A stretch of 64,000 nucleotides of DNA, taken from the IMG/VR virus record IMGVR_UViG_3300042311_000920, positions 9,440-73,439 of that record; one strand, 5' to 3'. Position numbers and translations under genes: made by a program. Of the stretch, positions 9,629 to 16,927 are shown piece by piece. The notes beneath the pieces were generated by a model that did not search any database, was not told the origin of the DNA, and saw only the letters and a list, made by a program, of their open reading frames with translations. This DNA comes from a virus. How positions within the stretch are numbered: the first letter of the stretch is position 1; each line of letters opens with the position of its first letter.

Positions 9629-10420
9629 ATGATGATAGTAGAACAAATTTTGAATAACGCACCGAACCCGCTATTGCATATAGCCGATGTTAGTGGCGGT
9701 GCTTTGTTCAATGCTGATTGTATGGATATTTTACCTCTTATTCCTAATAAATCGGTTCAACTTATTTTGGCTGATTTGCCTTACGGAACAACAAGTTGTG
9801 CGTGGGATTGTATTATTCCATTTGACAAACTTTGGGCTGAATATGGTAGAATAATAAAAGACAATGGTGCAATAGTTTTAACGGCTTCACAACCATTTAC
9901 AAGTGCCTTAGTAAACAGTAAAATTGAATGGTTTAAATATGCTTTAGTTTGGGAAAAAGAAAGACCAAGCAACCCTGCACACGCAAAGATTAGATTTATG
10001 AAATGGCACGAAGATATTTTGATTTTTTCACCTAATAAAGAAAAGTTTAATCCACAAAAAGAAAAACGATTAGAGCAAAATAAAAGGAATAACAAACAAG
10101 GTGTATTTCATAAATCTGATGCTTATGGAGAACAAACAATACCACAAGGCGATGGGATGGCTGATGAAAAGTATTTGAGTAGCATATTAAAGGTAAATGT
10201 TGAAAGAGGGTTGCACCCAACGCAAAAGCCGTTAAAACTATTTAAAACATTGATTAGTGCCTTTACGGATGAAAATGATTATGTACTTGATAATACAATG
10301 GGAGTAGGCACAACTTGTTTAGGAGCAAAAGAGTTGAACCGTTCCTTTATTGGAATTGAAAAAGAGGTAAAATATTATGATTTGGCAGTTGGTCGGGTGT
10401 TCGGTCAGCATTGCCACTAA
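9629..10420 (+). CDS. N6-adenine/N4-cytosine DNA methyltransferase, beta class (cassette)
   Basis: DLPY catalytic motif, HPTQKP, VLDNTMGVGTT SAM motif. Confidence 0.92.
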   Translation: MMIVEQILNNAPNPLLHIADVSGGALFNADCMDILPLIPNKSVQLILADLPYGTTSCAWDCIIPFDKLWAEYGRIIKDNGAIVLTASQPFTSALVNSKIEWFKYALVWEKERPSNPAHAKIRFMKWHEDILIFSPNKEKFNPQKEKRLEQNKRNNKQGVFHKSDAYGEQTIPQGDGMADEKYLSSILKVNVERGLHPTQKPLKLFKTLISAFTDENDYVLDNTMGVGTTCLGAKELNRSFIGIEKEVKYYDLAVGRVFGQHCH

Positions 10421-10574
10421 CGGTTTCGGGCTTGGCGAAGGTGGGCTTGTAGGATGCTCAATTTTAGCAGAATGTTTCTGCCCACTTTTGCCAAACCCGT
10501 GTTATGTGTAGTTGCGGTTGTTTATCAGGAACTTAAATTGAAAACGAATAAAAAAGAATTAGAAAAAAGAAGCG

Positions 10575-11276
10575 ATGGAATTAAATAAAATATATAACGA
10601 AGATTGCATTGAAGGTATGAAGAAAATACCATCTGCGAGTATTGATATGGTTCTAACTGACCCACCATATACATCTCCAACTGTTCACGCATTCGGAAGG
10701 CAAAAAGTAAACCGATTATCAGATTTAGCAATACAAGAATTTTACTTTGCTGAAATCAAAAAGGAATGGGAACGAATACTGAAACCCAATGCACCTGTTT
10801 TGATTTTCTGCGATGATATTTATAGTGCTGTTTTGATGGGTTTGTTTTACGAATGGCAACAAAAGAATTTAGTTATTTGGGATAAGGGTAGAATTGGAAT
10901 GGGAAACCCGTTTAGAAAACAGCACGAACTTGTATTTTATGCAAACAGAGGAAGTATTGAATTGAATAAAACCAATATGAGCCACATTCCTACTGTAATA
11001 AAAGAAACGCTAACAAAAGAACATCACGGAGCAGAAAAGCCAGTAAAACTATTGATGAAACTGATTGACGGACTTACAAAAGAAAATGCAACAGTTTTGG
11101 ATTGCTTTATGGGAAGTGGCTCAACTGCGATTGCTTGTTTAGAAACGAAAAGAAACTATATCGGTTTTGAACTTGATAAAAGCTATTATGAAACTTCACA
11201 AAATCGTATTTCTTCCTTGTGCGGTGGGCTTTTTTCTAATTCTTTTTCAACGGAAAGTTCAATTGAAACGGGATGA
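10575..11276 (+). CDS. N6/N4 DNA methyltransferase, beta class (cassette)
   Basis: TDPPY, HGAEKP, VLDCFMGSGST. Confidence 0.92.
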   Translation: MELNKIYNEDCIEGMKKIPSASIDMVLTDPPYTSPTVHAFGRQKVNRLSDLAIQEFYFAEIKKEWERILKPNAPVLIFCDDIYSAVLMGLFYEWQQKNLVIWDKGRIGMGNPFRKQHELVFYANRGSIELNKTNMSHIPTVIKETLTKEHHGAEKPVKLLMKLIDGLTKENATVLDCFMGSGSTAIACLETKRNYIGFELDKSYYETSQNRISSLCGGLFSNSFSTESSIETG

Positions 11277-11290
11277 TAGCAATTACACAT

Positions 11291-11337
11291 AACGTTTTGC
11301 AGATTGGCGGTCGTTTTAATGCCGCCAATGTGCTGTT
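11291..11337. repeat. minimal attC-like hairpin (47 bp)
   Basis: AAC-GTTTT-GCAGATTGGCGG...CCGCCAATGTGC-T-GTT. Confidence 0.8.
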
Positions 11338-11400
11338 ACAGGTAGTAGGGATTTCTACCACAAAACTTAATTAGAAGTACAAACAAAAAAGAATTTAAAA

Positions 11401-12276
11401 ATGAGCGAGGGCAAAAAAAGAAAAATTAAAGTATTATCATTATTCGATGGTATGAGTTGCGGACAAATAGCTTTAAACAAGCAAGGGATTGAATATGATG
11501 AATATTTTGCTTCTGAAATTGACAAAGAAGCTATAAAGGTAACTATGAAAAACTACCCAAACACAAAACAATTAGGTAGTATTACGGAACTAAAAGGAAT
11601 TGATTTGCCAAAAATAGATTTGCTATTTGGCGGAAGCCCTTGTCAAAGTTTTAGTAGAGCAGGAGATAACAGTGGATTTGACGGAAGTAGTAAATTGTTT
11701 TGGGAATTTGTAAGAGTTTTGAATGAAGTAGAACCTACTTACTTTTTACTTGAAAATGTAATTATGAAAAAAGAATGGGAAGATGTAATTACGGAAGCGT
11801 TAGGAGTGAAACCTATTGAGATTACAAGTGCTAAATTTGTACCACAAGCAAGACGAAGATTATATTGGACTAATATACCCAATGTAACGCAACCGAAACA
11901 ATCTGAATACACTGTTTTAGACTTTATTGATGGTGATGGGTTTCCGACAAGTTGCGGAATTGATAGAGTTTTTAAACGCAAAGAAATATTTAATACTTTG
12001 ACGGCAACTTATTGGAAAGGAATTAGAGGAAGTTCAAGACCAGCAGTAAGTATTAGAGAAGGATTTTTAGATGCGGACAGAGAAGCACACCGTATGCTAA
12101 CACCAACAGAATGTGAACGACTACAAACAGTACCTATTGGATATACGGATTGTGTTGCTAAAACAAATAGATATAAGATGCTTGGTAATGGTTGGACAGT
12201 TGATGTGATTGCTCATATTTTTTCTTTTTTAAAGGAGGGGAAATTTTTAAATTCTTTTTCTGACGAAAATGTTTAA
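11401..12276 (+). CDS. C5-cytosine DNA methyltransferase (cassette)
   Basis: LSLFDG, GGSPCQ, LLENV, QARRRLYW, RMLTPTECERLQ, LGNGW. Confidence 0.93.
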   Translation: MSEGKKRKIKVLSLFDGMSCGQIALNKQGIEYDEYFASEIDKEAIKVTMKNYPNTKQLGSITELKGIDLPKIDLLFGGSPCQSFSRAGDNSGFDGSSKLFWEFVRVLNEVEPTYFLLENVIMKKEWEDVITEALGVKPIEITSAKFVPQARRRLYWTNIPNVTQPKQSEYTVLDFIDGDGFPTSCGIDRVFKRKEIFNTLTATYWKGIRGSSRPAVSIREGFLDADREAHRMLTPTECERLQTVPIGYTDCVAKTNRYKMLGNGWTVDVIAHIFSFLKEGKFLNSFSDENV

Positions 12277-12377
12277 TCAAAGCACTTCACCGCTATTACC
12301 TGTAACGGTTCTCGGCTTGGCGAAGTTGCCGAACACAAAACTTCATTAGAATTACAAATGTTTAAATCAAAGATAGA

Positions 12378-13022
12378 ATGTCAAACGAAGCACAAAACGG
12401 CAATTTTGCCAAACCGATGTTAGCACCAGTACGGGTTTTAAATCTATACGCTGGAATTGGAGGAAACCGAAAACATTGGGAAAATGTAGAAGTAACTGCA
12501 ATAGAATACAACGAAGAAATTGCAAATGTTTACAAGAAATTACATCCAAACGATAATGTGATAGTTACTGATGCACACGATTATTTGGCTAAAAATTGGA
12601 GAGAGTTTGATTTTATATGGAGTTCGCCACCATGTCAAAGTCATAGCAAAGTAAGAATGATGGCAAGTAAAAGCGGAAGTTATGATGCTGTAATGCCTGA
12701 TATGAAATTGTGGAGTGAAATAATTTTTTTACAGAACTTTACTAAAAACACAGATATAAAGTTTGTAGTTGAAAATGTAAAGCCTTATTACGAACCATTT
12801 GTAAAACCAACTGCAAAACTTGGTAGGCATTTATTTTGGGCAAACTTTGAAATACCTGAAGCCGAAATAAAAGATGGATTAACCCACAATGAAAGAGGAA
12901 GTTCTGAAAAAGGTTATTTTGACTTACGAGAATATAAAATAAAACACAGAAAAGACCAAATAATTCGTAATTGCGTTGACCCAAATGTAGGACAATATGT
13001 TCTCGGTTGTGCAGTTTCGTAG
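12378..13022 (+). CDS. short C5-methyltransferase-like protein (cassette)
   Basis: LYAGIGG, SPPCQ, ENV; no obvious TRD or motifs IX-X. Confidence 0.85.
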   Translation: MSNEAQNGNFAKPMLAPVRVLNLYAGIGGNRKHWENVEVTAIEYNEEIANVYKKLHPNDNVIVTDAHDYLAKNWREFDFIWSSPPCQSHSKVRMMASKSGSYDAVMPDMKLWSEIIFLQNFTKNTDIKFVVENVKPYYEPFVKPTAKLGRHLFWANFEIPEAEIKDGLTHNERGSSEKGYFDLREYKIKHRKDQIIRNCVDPNVGQYVLGCAVS

Positions 13023-13066
13023 TATTGGTGCTAACTAATCGCTAATCGCTATAAAACCAAATCAAA

Positions 13067-13291
13067 ATGAATACAATATCAGTAAGTTATGATTTGAAAT
13101 GGCAAATAAAAAGTAATGAAAAATACAAGTGGACAACTTGCAAGAAACTTTTCAACACTCAAACAGGTCGCCAAATAAAAAAGACAATGAATTGCAGAAG
13201 TATTGGCTACTGGATAGGAAAACAATTTGTCACTTTGGAAAATTTAAAAAATCAACTAGAATTAATCCCAAAAGAAAATACACCTTTTTAA
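13067..13291 (+). CDS. array-terminal small hypothetical protein
   Basis: 74 aa ending ELIPKENTPF*. Confidence 0.65.
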   Translation: MNTISVSYDLKWQIKSNEKYKWTTCKKLFNTQTGRQIKKTMNCRSIGYWIGKQFVTLENLKNQLELIPKENTPF

Positions 13292-13292
13292 A

Positions 13293-13751
13293 ATGAAAAA
13301 AATATTATTTTTGCTGTTAGTTGCTGGAGTAACGACAGCGCAGTACAACAATAAAATCAACTTCAATCTATTAGTTGATAAAACCGCTCATATGGTTGCA
13401 GAAATCGAGGGAATTGAAGGTAAGATGTATCTTAAACAATCTTTAGAATTTGCCCCAAACATCCAAGGAGGATATTTAGCAACCGGAACATCTGTTGGAT
13501 TCAGTACCGAATTAGGAATGTTTCAACAGTACCGACTATACACAGCCCCGAAGCTTCAATTTATTTCAAGAGGCGGGAATGTTTATCCTTCCGCCGGATT
13601 TGAATTAGGAATTGATAAAACTTTTGATTCAGGTTTAATTATTGGAGTTCGCGGTACCTATGACTACCGTAGCGATTTTGAGTATTGGGATAAATACGCA
13701 TCCGAATGGAGACCGTCAGGATTTATTAAAATCGGGTGGAGAATAAGATAA
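13293..13751 (+). CDS. putative small outer-membrane beta-barrel protein
   Basis: Signal peptide, alternating beta pattern, C-terminal GFIKIGWRIR. Confidence 0.6.
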   Translation: MKKILFLLLVAGVTTAQYNNKINFNLLVDKTAHMVAEIEGIEGKMYLKQSLEFAPNIQGGYLATGTSVGFSTELGMFQQYRLYTAPKLQFISRGGNVYPSAGFELGIDKTFDSGLIIGVRGTYDYRSDFEYWDKYASEWRPSGFIKIGWRIR

Positions 13752-13766
13752 AATAAACTAAAAAAA

Positions 13767-13988
13767 ATGGCACAAAAAAAGACACTCTCAGAAGAGTTTG
13801 CAACATTCCTAAAAGAAAAACGAATGCGACTAGGAATGACACAAGCCCAACTTTCAGAATTAATTTACGGCGATCCTAAACGTGCCGAGTACATCGGACG
13901 AATCGAAAACGGTAAAAGAGAAATATCTGTTTCAACTATGGGGTTGATGCTTGAAAAAATGAACGCTTGGGTAGAATTTATTGAATAA
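13767..13988 (+). CDS. XRE-family HTH regulator
   Basis: RMRLGMTQAQLSE...IGRIENGKREIS. Confidence 0.85.
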   Translation: MAQKKTLSEEFATFLKEKRMRLGMTQAQLSELIYGDPKRAEYIGRIENGKREISVSTMGLMLEKMNAWVEFIE

Positions 13989-14032
13989 CTGTACAAAAAT
14001 AAATAGTCGGGAAAACTATTAAAAACTAAAAT

Positions 14033-15331
14033 ATGGCAACAATTAAATTTACCGTGCGAGGGAAGAAAAACCCGTCGCCCATCTACATCCGTTTTGCAGA
14101 GGGAAAAAATATAGACCTTCACGAAAAATCTGGACTTTATGTAAATCCAATTTTTTGGGACCAGAAAAAGCAACAGATCCGGAAAGTTCTCGAAGTAGCA
14201 AACAAAGACGATATCAATTCCAATCTTCGGAAACTTGAAATTTATTTGATTGATGAATTTAATCAATCATTTATGACCGGCCAAGTAATAAATAAGCAAT
14301 GGCTGTTGCAATCTATCCAAAAATTCTTTAATCGCCCTAAAAACGAAGAAAAACTACAAAATTTAAAGCATCACATTTATTTTTCAGATTACGCCCAACA
14401 CTGGATTGATAACAAGGCTAAAAAATTCAAAGTTGCCGCCAATAAATATATGGACGAAACAACGATAGGACATTATCAGCAAGTTTTGGATAACTTCAAA
14501 GATTTCGAAGGAAAAAACAAAGTAAAACTATGCGATTTAAGCAACTTAAAATTAGACGAGTTCTCTTTATACCTTTCAGATACTAAAAGCTATTCAGAAT
14601 CTACTAGCAAGCGTAAAGTTGGACGCGTTAAGTTCTTTTGCGCACGTGCCGAAAGCGACAATTTAGAAGTCAACAAACAATACAAAGAAAGAGTTTTCGT
14701 CAAAGAGCAAGAAATCGAATACAAGCAGCCTTATTTAAACGAAGATGAAATTAACAACATTTTTAAATTGAAACTAGAACCTAATTGTCCAATGGATCAT
14801 GTTCGAGATAATTTAATAATTGGATTATGGACTGGCTTAAGGGTGTCAGACTTTCTAACGAGATTAAACGTCTCCAATATTCAAGATGGTTTTATCAAAA
14901 TAAAAACAATGAAAACAAAAACATTTGTCAATATTCCGATACACTCACAAGTAGCTTTTATTTTGAATAAAAGAAACGGACAACTACCTAATAAAATATC
15001 AGAGCAAAAGTTTAACGACCACATAAAAACCTTGACGCAGATAGTAGGTATTGATGATTTAATGATTGGAGGAGTGATGAAAGTTGACGAAAAAACTAAA
15101 GTTAAAAGGAAAGTAATTGATACATATAAAAAGTGGGAGTTAATGACCTCTCACGTTGGGCGCAGATCATTTGCTACAAATTTGTTCGGAAAAGTATCTA
15201 ATAAAACCATTTGTGACGTATGCGGCTGGTCAAATGAAGATATGCTTTTTGCTTACAACAAAACCACGAACATGGAATCAGCGAATGTACTTAAGGATTA
15301 CTGGGATAAAAAATACGAATCAAAAATATAA
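14033..15331 (+). CDS. int: tyrosine recombinase / phage integrase (Bacteroidota type with arm-binding and SAM-like domains)
   Basis: TGLRVSD (R), KTMKT (K), SHVGRRSFATN (HxxR), CGWSNE, FAY (Y); 432 aa. Confidence 0.92.
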   Translation: MATIKFTVRGKKNPSPIYIRFAEGKNIDLHEKSGLYVNPIFWDQKKQQIRKVLEVANKDDINSNLRKLEIYLIDEFNQSFMTGQVINKQWLLQSIQKFFNRPKNEEKLQNLKHHIYFSDYAQHWIDNKAKKFKVAANKYMDETTIGHYQQVLDNFKDFEGKNKVKLCDLSNLKLDEFSLYLSDTKSYSESTSKRKVGRVKFFCARAESDNLEVNKQYKERVFVKEQEIEYKQPYLNEDEINNIFKLKLEPNCPMDHVRDNLIIGLWTGLRVSDFLTRLNVSNIQDGFIKIKTMKTKTFVNIPIHSQVAFILNKRNGQLPNKISEQKFNDHIKTLTQIVGIDDLMIGGVMKVDEKTKVKRKVIDTYKKWELMTSHVGRRSFATNLFGKVSNKTICDVCGWSNEDMLFAYNKTTNMESANVLKDYWDKKYESKI

Positions 15332-15333
15332 CC

Positions 15334-15588
15334 ATGAAAGAAATGAACGATATTGCGTTAAACAAAATGATAAATAAACTCCCTTTTGTTTTTGACTGGG
15401 TTAATTACAAAGGCGAAGATGTTGTGGCGCAGATTAATTTAGAAGCAACAAAAAAAGCAAAAAAACCGATGTTAGATATTAGCTACTGTATGACTAAAGC
15501 TATTAACCAGGTAATTATAGCCACGGTTCAATTTGACAAAAGTAAGTTTAAAAAATCTTCTCTTTCTGACACTAATTGGACTCAATAA
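15334..15588 (+). CDS. hypothetical protein
   Basis: 84-aa ORF directly after the integrase. Confidence 0.55.
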   Translation: MKEMNDIALNKMINKLPFVFDWVNYKGEDVVAQINLEATKKAKKPMLDISYCMTKAINQVIIATVQFDKSKFKKSSLSDTNWTQ

Positions 15589-15613
15589 AATACCCATAAA
15601 TTAAACTATAACT

Positions 15614-15814
15614 ATGGAAAAAGATATTGAAGACAAAGATATTCTCCGCAACGTGATAAATGCTCTCAACCTGAAACGAAAAGAGTTCCACGTAAAAATC
15701 GGGTACTGACAAACAATCATTTATAAAATTTTGAACGGAGACGCTCGCATATCAAATCAAAGAAAAAGTATAAAAAGTGAAATTATTTTTCACACAAGTG
15801 TTGTTTATGTGTAA
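15614..15814 (+). pseudogene. possible degenerate HTH regulator
   Basis: MEKDIEDKDILRNVINALNLKRKEFHVKIGY*QTIIYKILNG: HTH-like with in-frame TGA at 15707. Confidence 0.3.
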
Positions 15815-15830
15815 AATGTACTTATATTTG
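15801..15830 (+). promoter_or_regulatory. Bacteroidota primary-sigma promoter
   Basis: TTG-N19-TATATTTG matches the -33/-7 consensus (TAnnTTTG). Confidence 0.75.
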
Positions 15831-16004
15831 TCCTTGAATCAGTCTGGGTGGAATCAGATTTGATTATCTGACAATACACCAGTACTGATGCAAAAAAAGA
15901 TAATCCTTAATCAAGCTCCTCCACCCGGCAAGATTAAGGTTTTTTTTGTGCCTTATTTTAAACAAAAAGCTATATACTGAAGGGATTAAAAGAGTGAAGC
16001 GGTA

Positions 16005-16167
16005 TATTTCTAATGCGTTACTTCGGGGGTGGTTAAATAAAGCGCAGCTGTGACATAAAGGAAAGAGCAGTAGATTTAACAGGCAAGGTAATTTGTCTTA
16101 AAATAGATTCCACGTTTAACCGCATTACTGACGAGTTAAATAGTTCGACGAGCCGACGAAAACTCAC
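16005..16167 (+). ncRNA. hammerhead-ribozyme-like motif (type III topology)
   Basis: TTC|TAATGCG (16008-16017) pairs with CGCATTA just before CTGACGA (16128-16134); stem II GTT...GAC; GAAA at 16158; stem III weak. Confidence 0.45.
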
Positions 16168-16375
16168 TGCAGTTTTTTAAAGTAATCTGAGAATTAGATG
16201 CACCTGAAACGAAAGTTTTAGGGTGCTATATCACATCTAATTCTCAAATCCTCCTCATCCTCTTGCAGTTATAATTTATATAGTAATTGTATATATTATA
16301 ACAACAAATTTTAAAATTTTTTCACAAAAAAAACAAAAATGACCGAACTTAGGAATATTGAATTTATTTGGATTC

Positions 16376-16522
16376 CTATAGCTTACAATACGGTCGCAGA
16401 CGAATTGTTAAGATAACATTCACTTTGTCCAAAAAACCATTAGAAAATCCTACCATTTGGCAAAACTTACTCTTACTAATTCCTTTGTATTCAACTACTT
16501 GTAAAATTCTATCAATAATCAT
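16376..16522 (-). pseudogene. truncated CI-like repressor (HTH only, 48 aa)
   Basis: MIIDRILQVVEYKGISKSKFCQMVGFSNGFLDK resembles Bacteroidota phage repressor N-termini; divergent from promoter at 16554-16584. Confidence 0.55.
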
Positions 16523-16553
16523 AAAAATAATTGAGATTTAAATCTAAAATAAT

Positions 16554-16584
16554 TTGTTTATTTAGCCTATACTCTATATATTTG
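16554..16584 (+). promoter_or_regulatory. Bacteroidota promoter for the early operon
   Basis: TTG-N20-TATATTTG. Confidence 0.65.
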
Positions 16585-16591
16585 CCTTGTC

Positions 16592-16629
16592 TTGTTACAA
16601 AATAACAATTTAATGTTACACAATAACAA
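16592..16629. promoter_or_regulatory. tandem operator-like palindromes
   Basis: TGTTA-CAAAA-TAACA and TGTTA-CACAA-TAACA just downstream of the promoter. Confidence 0.55.
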
Positions 16630-16927
16630 TGCATTATGTTCTGGTATTTACTGAAAGTTAACGGGGCAGTCAGCCTTTGAGTGCGAAGCCTCCTAAACTT
16701 GTATTTAGGAGGAAGTCTTTACAGCTCATACGCCACCCAAGAAACGTTAATTAGCCACTGTGGGCCGAACGAATACACTGCGTTAAAAAATAAAAACAAA
16801 CTCTAAAACCCTAGTTTTAAAATGTTTGGCGACAGGAAAAACTAGGTCTTAACTTAACAAAGATATAAAATAAATTGTAACACTTGTAACATTTGTATTA
16901 AAACTTTGTTAATAAAAAGTAAATCAA

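Larger units (their letters stand above)
2989..13055. mobile_element. integron-like gene-cassette array 1 (18 ORF-bearing cassettes, 1 empty, 1 degenerate)
   Basis: GTT...AAC bodies with complementary ends at 3115-3143, 3544-3828, 3948-4120, 4201-4691, 4752-5123, 5244-5415, 5500-6087, 6207-6595, 6717-7066, 7185-7484, 7596-7845, 7965-8346, 8412-8693, 8812-9084, 9202-9572, 9689-10421, 10501-11293, 11335-12306, 12419-13035; each is separated by an imperfect AAC...GTT hairpin. Confidence 0.85.

Noticed and set aside
2989-13055. CRISPR array
   Set aside because: Repeats are not identical, intervening segments are variable-length ORFs, and no cas genes are present
2989-13055. Hairpins as simple rho-independent terminators
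   Set aside because: No 3' T-tracts, loops up to ~80 nt, fixed AAC/GTT borders, and terminators would not explain the cassette-specific end complementarity
2989-15331. Complete classical integron (intI-attI-Pc)
   Set aside because: The integrase looks like a prophage integrase, and site geometry differs from canonical attC; HMM/CM searches are needed to close this
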